From assembly GCA_965655095.1 (NCBI GenBank), contig OZ296658.1:88660001-88724000 (forward strand): DNA of 64,000 nt. Reading direction: 5' to 3'. The first letter of the stretch is position 1. Each line of letters starts with the position of its first letter. Below are positions 39,001 to 50,985 of this stretch, piece by piece. The notes below the pieces were generated by a model, which was not told where the DNA came from, did not search any database, and worked only from the letters and a program-made list of their open reading frames with translations. This stretch comes from Haplodiscus bocki. Its lineage: Eukaryota. Made by a program: the position numbers and the translations under genes.

Positions 39001-42000
39001 AAGGGAAAAATAGTTTGTTGATTCAGCTTTAAGAAAGTGGTTTTCTTCCAAGGTAAACTGCTGAACTGGTTAAATATGGAATCTTTTTGGTATTTGCGCT
39101 TTAGGACATATTGTTTTTTTTAGATCTTGCTTCGCTTCTGAATTACTGGAAAATGATCAGTTGTAAATTGAAATTGTCTTGCTCTAGACTTCGTTTTTAA
39201 ATGTCCAGTGATAGTTAGGATGTTGTTGCATAGACCATAAATTTTTTTCGTGGTCAAGTGTATGCTTCTTAGAAATTAGGAAATAATGGAGAAGTTCTTC
39301 TGAACGCTGTAAAGCCGCCCATGTGTTTTATCTTACTTGTCAGAAAAATGCTAATAACTGTTGAAAAACCTGCAAAAAAGTCGATGTTGGCCCAAGCGAC
39401 AATATTTTCAAAATCTAAAATAAAGTTGGTATGGAGGCTGTTAAACAACAAAGATGCTTTTTCTTTGAATCCGAAGAAATAAATAAATGGTATAAAAGCT
39501 GCTGAATGTAGTCTTCTAGTTGACTGCTAATATAAGCAGTAGCATAAAATGATTTCTATTGCTGAAACCAAAGAATTTAGTCAACGCGAATTCCTTAATC
39601 GTAATACATTTGTTAAATCACAGTGTTTAAATTCAATAGTTACTATCCAGGTTACCAAGTTACAGAACGGTTATTTTTTGCGTAAGCAGTTGGATACCCC
39701 AAACAACATAGAATATAATTCAAAATTGAACTGGCTGAAAAATATGGGAATGATGGAAATGTAGGTGATGTTTTTTATTTTTTTTTTACGAGACCTGAAT
39801 TATTGAACATGGAAAAAGGTATAAAGGAGTGTTTAAAAAATGATATGCGCTGACGATTTTTGAAGACGGCCTAGATATGTAGTTGAATATTAATTGACAA
39901 TATGGGTAAAAAGTTTATGGGGCCATTTGGTTTGATCCAAAGGGAGATTGATATCATCATTCCACCTGGTTTATGTGAAGTAACTGACATCGTCAAAACA
40001 ATGGGAATAGAATCTGAAGCACGTGGTTTCTCAAATCTATCTGTTCGAACAACACATGAGGATTTAGTGTACAATTAATAAGAATGAAATTTGAGGTTTT
40101 ACTATTCATTTTGGTGGAAGCTGTGGAGCAATTTGTTTGTTTTGGACTTTGACTTTGACTACTCCAACAATGATGAGGAATTTTTTATGGAAGCTATAAG
40201 AGATTATGTATGCTTGAAATTGAGCTTTCGATTCATTTAAAAGGGAAAAATAGTTTGTTGATTCAGCTTTAAAAAGTGGTTTTCTTCCAAGGTAAACTGC
40301 TGAACTGGTTAAATATGGAATCTTTTTGGTATTTGCGCTTTAGGACATATTGTTTTTTTTAGATCTTGCTTCGCTTCTGAATTACTGGAAAATGATCAGT
40401 TGTAAATTGAAATTGTCTTGCTCTAGACTTCGTTTTTAAATGTCCAGTGATAGGATGTTGTTGCATAGACCATAAATTTTTTTCGTGGTCAAGTGTATGC
40501 TTCTTAGAAATTAGGAAATAATGGAGAAGTTCTTCTGAACGCTGTAAAGCCGCCCATGTGTTTTATCTTACTTGTCAGAAAAATGGTAAAAACTGTTGAA
40601 AAACCTGCAAAAAAGTCGATGTTGGCACAAGCGGCAATATTTTCAAAATCTAAAATAAAGTTGGTATGGAGGCTGTTAGACAACAAAGATGCTTTTTCTT
40701 TGAATCCGAAGAAATAAATAAATGGTATAAAAGCTGCTGAATGTAGTCTTCTAGTTGACTGCTAATATAAGCAGTAGCATAAAATGATTTCTTTTGCTGA
40801 AACCAAAGAATTTAGTCAACGCGAATTCCTTAATCGTAATACATTTGTTAAATCACAGTGTTCAAATTCAATAGTTACTATCCAGGTTACCAAGTTACAG
40901 AACGGTTATTTTTTGCGTAAGCAGTTGGATACGCCAAACAACATAGAGTATAAGTCAAAATTGAACTGGCTGAAAAATATGGGAATGATGGAAATGTAGG
41001 TGTTGTTTTTTATTTTTTTTTACGAGACCTGAATTATTGAACATGGAAAAAGGTATAAAGGAGTGTTTAAAAAATGATATGCGCTGACGTTTTTTGAAGA
41101 CGGCATAGATATGTAGTTCAATATTAATTGACAGTTTGGGTAAAAAGTTTATGGCGCCATTTGGTTTGATCCAAAGGAGATTGATATCATCATTCCACCT
41201 GGATTATGTGAAGTAACTGACATCGTTAAAACAATGGGAATAGAATCTTAAGCACATGGTTTCTCCAACATATCTGTTCGAACAACACATGAGGATTTAG
41301 TGTACAATTAATGAAAGAATGAAATTTGAGGTTTTACTATTCATTTTGGTGGAAGCTGTAGAACAATATGTTTGTTTTGGAGTTTGACTTTGACTACTCC
41401 AACAATGATGAGGAATTTTTTATGGAAGCTATAACAGAGATTATGTATGCTTGAAATTGAGCTTTCGATTCATTTAAAAGGGAAAAATAGTTTGTTGACT
41501 CAGCTTTTGAAAAGTGGTTTTCTTCCAAGGTAAACTGCTGAACTGGTTAAATATGGAATCTTTTTGGTATTTGCGCTTTAGGACATATTGTTTTTTTTAG
41601 ATCTTGCTTCGCTTCTGAATTACTGGAAAATGATCAGTTGTAAATTGAAATTGTCTTGCTCTAGACTTCGTTTTTAAATGTCCAGTGATAGTTAGGATGT
41701 TGTTTCATAGACCATAAATTTTTTTCGTGGTCAAGTGTATGCTTCTTAGAAATTAGGAAATAATGGAGAAGTTCTTCCGAACGCTGTAAAGCCGCCCATG
41801 TGTTTTATCTGACTTGTCAGAAAAATGCTAAAAACTGTTGAAAAACCTGCAAAAAAGTCGATGTTGGCACAAGCGACAATATTTTCAAAATCTAAAATAA
41901 AGTTGGTATGGAGACTGTTAAACAACAAAGATGCTTTTTCTTTGAATCCGAAGAAATAAATAAATGGTATAAAAGCTGTAGAATATAGTCTTCAAGTTGA

Positions 42001-45000
42001 CTGTTTGCTAAAATAAGCAACAGCATAAAATGATTTCTATTGCTGAAACCAAAGAATTTAGTCAACGCGAATTCCTTAATCGTAATACATTTGTTAAATC
42101 GCAGTGTTTAAATTCAATAGTTACTATCCAGGTTACCAAGTTACAGAACGGTTATTTTTTGCGTAAGCAGTTGGATACCCCAAACAACATAATATTTAAT
42201 TCAAAATTGAACTGGCTGAAAAATATGGGAATGATGGAAATGTAGTTGATGTTTTTTATTTTTTTTTACGAGACCCGAATTATTGAACATGGAAAAAGGT
42301 ATAAAGGAGTGTTTAAAAACTGATATGCGCTGACGTTTTTTGAAGACGGCATAGATATGTAGTTCAATATTAATTGACAATATGGGTAAAAAGTTTATGG
42401 GGCCATTTGGTTTGATCCAAAGGAGATTGATATCATCATTCCACCTGGTTTATGTGAAGTAACTGACATCGATAAAACAATGGGAGTAGATTTTCTTCAA
42501 TAAGCCTAAAAAGTGATTTTCTTCTGAAGTAAGCTGCTGAACTGGTTAAATATGGAATCTTTTTGGTATTTGCGCTTTAGGACATATTGTTTTTTTTCGA
42601 TCTTGCTTCGCTTCTGAATTACTGGAAAATGATCAGTTGTAAATTGAAATTCTCTTGCTCTAGACTTCGTTTTTAAATGTCCAGTGACAGTTAGGATGTT
42701 GTTTCATAGACCATAAATTTTTTTCGTGGTCAAGTGTATGCTTCTTAGAAATTAGGAAATAATGGAGAAGTTCTTCTGAACGCTGTAAAGCCGCCCATGT
42801 GTTTTATCTTACTTGTCAGAAAAATGCTAAAAACTGTTGAATAACCTGCAACAAAAGTCGATGTTGGCACAAGCGACAATATTTTCAAAATCTAAAATAA
42901 AGTTGGTATGGAGGCTGTTAAACAACAAAGATGCTTTTTCTTTGAATCCGAAGAAATAAATAAATGGTATAAAAGCTGCTGAATGTAGTCTTCTAGTTGA
43001 CTGCTAATATAAGCAGTAGCATAAAATGATTTCTTTTGCTGAAACCAAAGAATTTAGTCAACGCGAATTCCTTAATCGTAATACATTTGTTAAATCAGAG
43101 TGTTTAAATTCAATAGTTACTATCCAGGTTACCAAGTTACAAAACGGTTATTTTTTGCGTAAGCAGTTGGATACCCCAAACAACATAGATTATAATTCAA
43201 AATTGAACTGGCTGAAAAATATGGGAATGATGGAAATGTAGGTGATGTTTTTTATTTTTTTTACGAGACCTGAATTATTGAACATGGAAAAAGGTATAAA
43301 GGAGTGTTTAAAAAATGATATGCGCTGACGTTTTTTGAAGACGGCATAGATATGTAGTTCAATATTAATTGACAATATGGGTAAAAAGTTTATGGGGCCA
43401 TTTGGTTTGATCCAAAGGAGATTGATATCATCATTCCACCTGGTTTATGTGTAGTAACTGACATCGTTAAAACAATGGGAATAGAATCTTAAGCACATGG
43501 TTTCTCAAACATATCTGTTCGAACAACACATGAGGATTTAGTGTACAATTAATAAAGGAATGAAATTTGAGGTTTTACTATTCATTTTGGTGGAAGCTGT
43601 AGAACAATTTGTTTGTTTTGGAGTTTGACTTTGACTACTCCAACAATGATGAGGAATTTTTTATGGAAGCTATAACAGAGATTATGTATGCTTGAAATTG
43701 AGCTTTCGATTCATTTAAAAGGGAAAAATAGTTTGTTGACTCAGCTTTTGAAAAGTGGTTTTCTTCCAAGGTAAACTGCTGAACTGGTTAAATATGGAAT
43801 CTTTTGGTATTTGCGCTTTAGGACATATTGTTTTTTTTAGATCTTGCTTCGCTTCTGAATTACTGGAAAATGATCAGTTGTAAATTGAAATTGTCTTGCT
43901 CTAGACTTCGTTTTTAAATGTCCAGTGATAGTTAGGATGTTGTTTCATAGACCATAAATTTTTTTCGTGGTCAAGTGTATGCTTCTTAGAAATTAGGAAA
44001 TAATGGAGAAGTTCTTCCGAACGCTGTAAAGCCGCCCATGTGTTTTATCTGACTTGTCAGAAAAATGCTAAAAACTGTTGAAAAACCTGCAAAAAAGTCG
44101 ATGTTGGCACAAGCGACAATATTTTCAAAATCTAAAATAAAGTTGGTATGGAGGCTGTTAAACAACAAAGATGCTTTTTCTTTGAATCCGAAGAAATAAA
44201 TAAATGGTATAAAAGCTGTAGAATATAGTCTTCAAGTTGACTGTTTGCTAAAATAAGCAACAGCATAAAATGATTTCTATTGCTGAAACCAAAGAATTTA
44301 GTCAACGCGAATTCCTTAATCGTAATACATTTGTTAAATCGCAGTGTTTAAATTCAATAGTTACTATCCAGGTTACCAAGTTACAGAACGGTTATTTTTT
44401 GCGTAAGCAGTTGGATACCCCAAACAACATAATATTTAATTCAAAATTGAACTGGCTGAAAAATATGGGAATGATGGAAATGTAGTTGATGTTTTTTATT
44501 TTTTTTTACGAGACCCGAATTATTGAACATGGAAAAAGGTATAAAGGAGTGTTTAAAAACTGATATGCGCTGACGTTTTTTGAAGACGGCATAGATATGT
44601 AGTTCAATATTAATTGACAATATGGGTAAAAAGTTTATGGGGCCATTTGGTTTGATCCAAAGGAGATTGATATCATCATTCCACCTGGTTTATGTGAAGT
44701 AACTGACATCGATAAAACAATGGGAGTAGATTTTCTTCAATAAGCCTAAAAAGTGATTTTCTTCTGAAGTAAGCTGCTGAACTGGTTAAATATGGAATCT
44801 TTTTGGTATTTGCGCTTTAGGACATATTGTTTTTTTTCGATCTTGCTTCGCTTCTGAATTACTGGAAAATGATCAGTTGTAAATTGAAATTCTCTTGCTC
44901 TAGACTTCGTTTTTAAATGTCCAGTGATAGTTAGGATGTTGTTTCATAGACCATAAATTTTTTTCGTGGTCAAGTGTATGCTTCTTAGAAATTAGGAAAT

Positions 45001-48000
45001 AATGGAGAAGTTCTTCTGAACGCTGTAAAGCCGCCCATGTGTTTTATCTTACTTGTCAGAAAAATGCTAATAACTGTTGAAAAACCTGCAAAAAAGTCGA
45101 TGTTGGCACAAGCGACAATATTTTCAAAATCTAAAATAAAGTTGGTATGGAGGCTGTTAAACAACAAAGATGCTTTTTCTTTGAATCCGAAGAAATAAAT
45201 AAATGGTATAAAAGCTGCTGAATGTAGTCTTCTAGTTGACTGCTAATATAAGCAGTAGCATAAAATGATTTCTTTTGCTGAAACCAAAGAATTTAGTCAA
45301 CGCGAATTCCTTAATCGTAATACATTTGTTAAATCAGAGTGTTTAAATTCAATAGTTACTATCCAGGTTACCAAGTTACAAAACGGTTATTTTTTGCGTA
45401 AGCAGTTGGATACCCCAAACAACATAGATTATAATTCAAAATTGAACTGGCTGAAAAATATGGGAATGATGGAAATGTAGGTGATGTTTTTTATTTTTTT
45501 TACGAGACCTGAATTATTGAACATGGAAAAAGGTATAAAGGAGTGTTTAAAAAATGATATGCGCTGACGTTTTTTGAAGACGGCATAGATATGTAGTTCA
45601 ATATTAATTGACAATATGGGTAAAAAGTTTATGGGGCCATTTGGTTTGATCCAAAGGAGATTGATATCATCATTCCACCTGGTTTTTGTGTAGTAACTGA
45701 CATCGTTAAAACAATGGGAATAGAATCTTAAGCACATGGTTTCTCAAACATATCTGTTCGAACAACACATGAGGATTTAGTGTACAATTAATAAAGGAAT
45801 GAAATTTGAGGTTTTACTATTCATTTTGGTGGAAGCTGTAGAACAATTTGTTTGTTTTGGAGTTTGACTTTGACTACTCCAACAATGATGAGGAATTTTT
45901 TATGGAAGCTATAACAGAGATTATGTATGCTTGAAATTGAGCTTTCGATTCATTTAAAAGGGAAAAATAAATTGTTGATTCAGCTTTAAAAAAGTGGTTT
46001 TCTTCCAAGGTAAACTGCTGAACTGGTTAAATATGGAATCTTTTTGGTATTTGCGCTTTAGGACATATTGTTTTTTTAGATCTTGCTTCGCTTCTGAATT
46101 ACTGGAAAATGATCAGTTGTTAATTGAAATTGTCTTGCTCTAGACTTCGTTTTTAAATGTCCAGTGATAGTTAGGATGTTGTTTCATAGACCATAAATTT
46201 TTTTCGTGGTCAAGTGTATGGTTCTTAGAAATTAGGAAATAATGGAGAAGTTCTTCTGAACGCTGTAAAGCCGCCCATGTGTTTTATCTGACTTGTCAGA
46301 AAAATGCTAAAAACTGTTGAATAACCTGCAGAAAAAGTCGATGTTGGCACAAGCGACAATATTTTCAAAATCTAAAATAAAGTTGGTATGGAGGCTGTTA
46401 AACAACAAAGATGCTTTTTCTTTGAATCCGAAGAAATAAATAAATGGTATAAAAGCTGTAGAATATAGTCTTCAAGTTGACTGTTTGCTAAAATAAGCAG
46501 CAGCATAAAATGTTTTCTATTGCTGAAACCAAAGAATTTAGTCAACGCGAATTCCTTAATCGTAATACATTTGTTAAATCGCAGTGTTTAAATTCAATAG
46601 TTACTATCCAGGTTACCAAGTTACAGAACGGTTATTTTTTGCGTAAGCAGTTGGATACCCCAAACAACATAATATTTAATTCAAAATTGAACTGGCTGAA
46701 AAATATGGGAATGATGGAAATGTAGGTGATGTTTTTTATTTTTTACGAGACCTGAATTATTGAACATGGAAAAAGGTATAAAGGAGTGTTTAAAAAATGA
46801 TATGCGCTGAAGTTTTTTGAAGACGGCATAGATATGTAGTTCAATATTAATTGACAATATGGGTAAAAAGTTTATGGGTCCATTTGGTTTGATCCAAAGG
46901 AGATTGGTATCATCATTCCACCTGGTTTATGTGAAGTAACTGACATCGTTCAAACAATGGGAATAGAATCTTAAGCACATGGTTTCTCAAACATATCTGT
47001 TCGAACAACACATGAGGATTTAGTGTACAATTGATAAAAGAATGAAATTTGAGGTTTTACTCTTCATTTTGGTGGAAGCTGTAGAATAATTTGTTTGTTT
47101 TGGAGTTTGACGTTGACTACTCCAACAATGATGAGGATTTTTTTATGGAAGCTATAACAGAGATTATGTATGCTTGAAATTGAGCTTTCGATTCATTTAA
47201 AAGGGAAAATTAGTTTGTTGATTCAGCTTTAAAAAAGTGGTTTTCTTCCAAGGTAAACTGCTGAACTGGTTAAATATGGAATCTTTTTGGTTTTTGCGCT
47301 TTAGGACATATTGTTTTTTTAGATCTTGCTTCGCTTCTGAATTACTGGAAAATGATCAGTTGTTAATTGAAATTGTCTTGCTCTAGACTTCGTTTTTAAA
47401 TGTCCAGTGATAGTTAGGATGTTGTTTCATAGACCATAAATTTTTTTCGTGGTCAAGTGTATGCTTCTTAGAAATTAGGAAATAATGGAGAAGTTCTGAA
47501 CGCTGTAAAGTCGCCCATGTGTTTTATCTTACTTGTCAGAAAAATGCTAAAAACTGTTGAATAACCTTCAAAAAAAGTCGATGTTGGCACAAGCGACAAT
47601 ATTTTCAAAATCTAAAATGAAGTTGGTATGGAGGCTGTTAAACAACAAGGATGCTTTTTCTTTGAATCCGAAGAAATAAATAAATGGTATAAAAGCTGTT
47701 GAATATAGTCTTCAAGTTGACTGTTTGCTAATATAAGCAGTAGCATAAAATGATTTCTTTTGCTGAAAGCGAATAATTTAGTCAACGCGAATTCCTTAGT
47801 CGTAACACATTTGTTATATCACAAAATACGAATTCAACAGTTACTATCCAGGATACAAAGTTACAGAACGGTTATTTTTTGCGTAAGCAGTTGGATACCC
47901 CAAACAACATATTTTACAATTCAAATGTGAACTGGCTGAAAATTATGGCAATGATGAGAACTTTTGGTGTTGTTTTTTTTTTACGAGACCTGAATTATTG

Positions 48001-48240
48001 AACATGGAAGAAGGTATAAAGGAGTGTTTAAAAAATGATATGCGCTGACGTTTTCTGAAGACGGCATAGATATGTAGTTCAATATTAATTGACAATATGG
48101 GTGAAAAAATTTATGGGGCCATTGTTTTGGTCCAAGTGAGCTTGATATCATCATTCCACCTGGTCTATGTGAAGTAACTGACATCGATAAAACAATGGGA
48201 GTAGATTTTCTTCAATAAGCCTAAAAAGTGATTTTCTTCC
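33064..48240 (+). repeat. Satellite family B: 13 tandem monomers of ~1.24 kb, including two internal ~995 bp deletion variants
   Basis: The start of the MISIAETKEF-type ORF recurs at 33350, 34590, 35829, 37068, 38306, 39549, 40784, 42030, 43026, 44270, 45265, 46510 and, broken, at 47750. Spacings are 1235-1246 bp except 996 and 995 bp. Confidence 0.98.
41480..45960 (+). repeat. Higher-order repeat: two copies of a ~2240 bp (short + long) B dimer
   Basis: ORF starts 42030 to 44270 (2240 bp) and 43026 to 45265 (2239 bp). Variant GTTGACTCAGCTTTTGAAAAG at ~41494 and ~43734, and the short-unit junction at 42481 and 44721. Ends are approximate. Confidence 0.9.
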
Positions 48241-50439
48241 GAAGTAAGCTGCTGAACTGGTTATTTATGGAATCTTGTTGGTGTTTCCGCTTTACGGCTT
48301 AATGGTTTTTTTATTACGCTTCGCCTCAAGTACTGGAACCCGAAAATTGTCATACTCTTGAATTTGTTTTTAAATTTCTAAGGATAAATAGGCTGTTGTT
48401 TTATGAACCATGAATTTTATTCGTTTTTAGGTGTCTGATTCTGGAAAATTAGGAAATAATGACGAAGTGCTTCTTGGAGCTTTAAAGTCACGCGTGTCCT
48501 CTATGTTTGGCGTCAGAAAAATGCAAAAAATTGTTGAATAACCTGCAAAAAATTTCGATGTTGGTACAAGCGACAATATTTTCAAAATCGAAAATAAAGT
48601 TGGTATGGAGGCAGTTGAACAACATAATGATGCCTTTTCTTCGCATCTGAAACATCATGTAATTGGTATACAAGCTGTTGAATACACAGCTATCAAAAAG
48701 ATACCAACAGCTCAAAAAGTTGATATTTCTGAGAAGAACTGAAATCAGAGATTCAATATCGCTGAGATTTCTGAACTTACTACTGTTGACGAAAGGAAGT
48801 CTAGATCGAAGAAAAAAGAATTATTTGCGAAGTTGATTCAAGTAAGAAAATGATGTTCAAAGTTGTTGCTCTGTAATTACAACCTCGTTTGTAATTTTTC
48901 TGAAGGAAACTCAAATCAAAAGTTTGATTTACAAAAGAATAAAGTGCGAAACAGCCTTTTTGGGAAGAGAAATCCTTTCAAAAATGTTGTTCAAATGTTG
49001 TAGACGTGTTTTTCAAAATGGGTTTTCTGGCAGTTGTTAGCATTGACTGATTTTTTTTAGCAAACTATGACCTAAAAATTAGGGCAACAAGCAATTTTAT
49101 TTACAAGAAATACTTACTGAATTAGAATTGGTTAGTGTGAATACATATACGAAATTTGGTCTTGCATTAGCAGCATCTGCCTCCATCCAAGTTCTGGAAC
49201 TCATTGGATTTTGTTGTATGAGAATTACCGTTTAAATTCGTATGTTTGTGCGCTACGAAAAGTAGTACTGAATCAACTGCCAAAGGAGCGTGGTGATTGT
49301 ATTCACTTATAATACCGAATCCAAGAACGATAGCTTACTTGCACGTTAGTGTTTGTATTCTGTATCTTTTTAATCTTATGAGTTTCAAATATCAGAACAA
49401 ATGACCAATATTCCAAACCTGTGGAGTCAGGTTCCTCAGCGAAGAGTTTTCGAGTCTTCTATTGAACCTCTCAAAATCGATTGAACGAAGCACTACAGGA
49501 GAACTTCGAGGTTTTGCAGTTAATTTATCATATCTTCGAGATGTGTTCACTGCTTCATTAACTGCTAGCTGGCTGGAAGGTTTTTGACTTTGTCGGTAAA
49601 AATAAATGGACCCATCTGAATCTACTTCAATAATGAATGTGAGTCTCTTCTACTAAAAAGTCTCTTCTTTTAAACTTCAATTTCAGATATCAAAAATACT
49701 CGAAACCTGTGGAGTTAGGTTCCTCAGCGAAGCTATTTCAAATCTTCGATATGACATCTCAAAGGATAACAGGATAACAACCTCGTTGATGAATCTAATC
49801 AAATCGGTTGAACAAAGCACTACAAAACCTAAAATTTTTGCAGCTCAATGATCGTCTCTTCGAGATGTGTTCACTGCTTCATTAACTGCTAGCTGGCTGG
49901 AAGGTTTTTGACTTTGTCGGTAAAAATAAATGGACCGATCTGAATCTACTTCAATAATGAATGTGAGTCTCTTCTACTAAAAAGTCTCTTCTTTTAAACT
50001 TCAATTTCAGATATCAAAAATACTCGAAACCTGTGGAGTTAGGTTCCTCAGCGAAACTATTTCAAATCTTCGATATGACATCTCAAAGGATAACAGGATA
50101 ACAACCTCGTTGATGAATCTAATCAAATCGATTGAACAAAGCACTACAAAACCTAAAATTTTTGCAGCTCAATGATCGTCTCTTCGAGATCTGTTGACTG
50201 CGTCAATAACTGCTAGTTGACTGGTAGATTTTTGGGTTTGTCGGTAAAAATTCATAGACCGATCTGAATCCACTTCAATAAGAATGTGAGTCTCCTCTAC
50301 TAGAGGTAACAACATCACTTTGTTAGTAATAGAAAATACAAGTAGAAAACCCTCAAGAGACTGGAATTTTGGATGAACGATTCCAAGAAATGTTTTTCTA
50401 TTGGAATTCCATTAGTGCTTCGGGAAAAATGGATGGTGG
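48240..50439 (+). repeat. Single-copy diverged relict monomer (D) at the B/C transition
   Basis: Colinear with A/C landmarks (TTTGGCGTCAGAAAA ~48506, GAATTAGAATTGGTTAGTGTG ~49119, GTTCCTCAGCGAA 49431) but has many private substitutions and a private deletion at ~48688. It grades into C-type sequence by ~49600. Confidence 0.85.
49537..50190 (+). repeat. Near-perfect 324 bp tandem duplication, giving three copies of the GTTCCTCAGCGAA module
   Basis: CGAGATGTGTTCACTGCTTCATTAACTGCTAGCTGGCTGG at 49537 and 49861. GTTCCTCAGCGAA at 49431, 49719 and 50043. Confidence 0.92.
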
Positions 50440-50744
50440 GATTGAGGAGTTCTCAAGTTTACAGAATAGTTTGAATGATTTGACTGATAGAAACATTATA
50501 TGAATTTTTCTAACCAGTGTTTGTTATGAACGAAAACCTGTAGATGATGGTATTTCAAAATTAATGCTGATGGCGCATACCCCAAGCAACATAATTTACA
50601 ATTCAATCTAGAACTGGCTGATTCTTATGGAAGTGATAGAAGAATTAGCGAGGATTTTCAATATTTGCGTGTTTTTGGATATCAAAAACGTAGGAGAAGC
50701 TATAATTGAAGGTGTAAAAGATGACTTCCGCTGTCATTTTTTGA

Positions 50745-50984
50745 AGGAGGCATAGATGTGTAGATCAGTATGCAATCAACAACATGGGTAAAAAGTCTTT
50801 TGGCTCCGTTTGGTTCGATCCAGCTGAAATTATCATCAAACCACCTGGATTATGTAAAATAACTGACATCGATAAAGCAATTGGAATTGAAGTTTGAACA
50901 GATGATTTCTCAAGGAAATGTCTTCGCACAACACATCATCATTTAGTGTACACTTTAGGAAATAATGAAGTTTTGGGTTTTACT
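50745..50984 (+). pseudogene. Decayed coding fragment resembling a Polinton/adintovirus-type penton (minor capsid) protein (best-preserved copy)
   Basis: 80 codons with one stop: RRHRCVDQYAINNMGKKSFGSVWFDPAEIIIKPPGLCKITDIDKAIGIEV*TDDFSRKCLRTTHHHLVYTLGNNEVLGFT. The (I)PPG-x-Y-x-I-x-D-I ... LGF pattern is one I associate with such pentons; the match is by eye only. Confidence 0.45.
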
Positions 50985-50985
50985 T

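Noticed and set aside
50417-50436. Possible CENP-B box near GCTTCGGGAAAAATGG
   Set aside because: Lacks the required TTCG-N4-A-N2-CGGG spacing.
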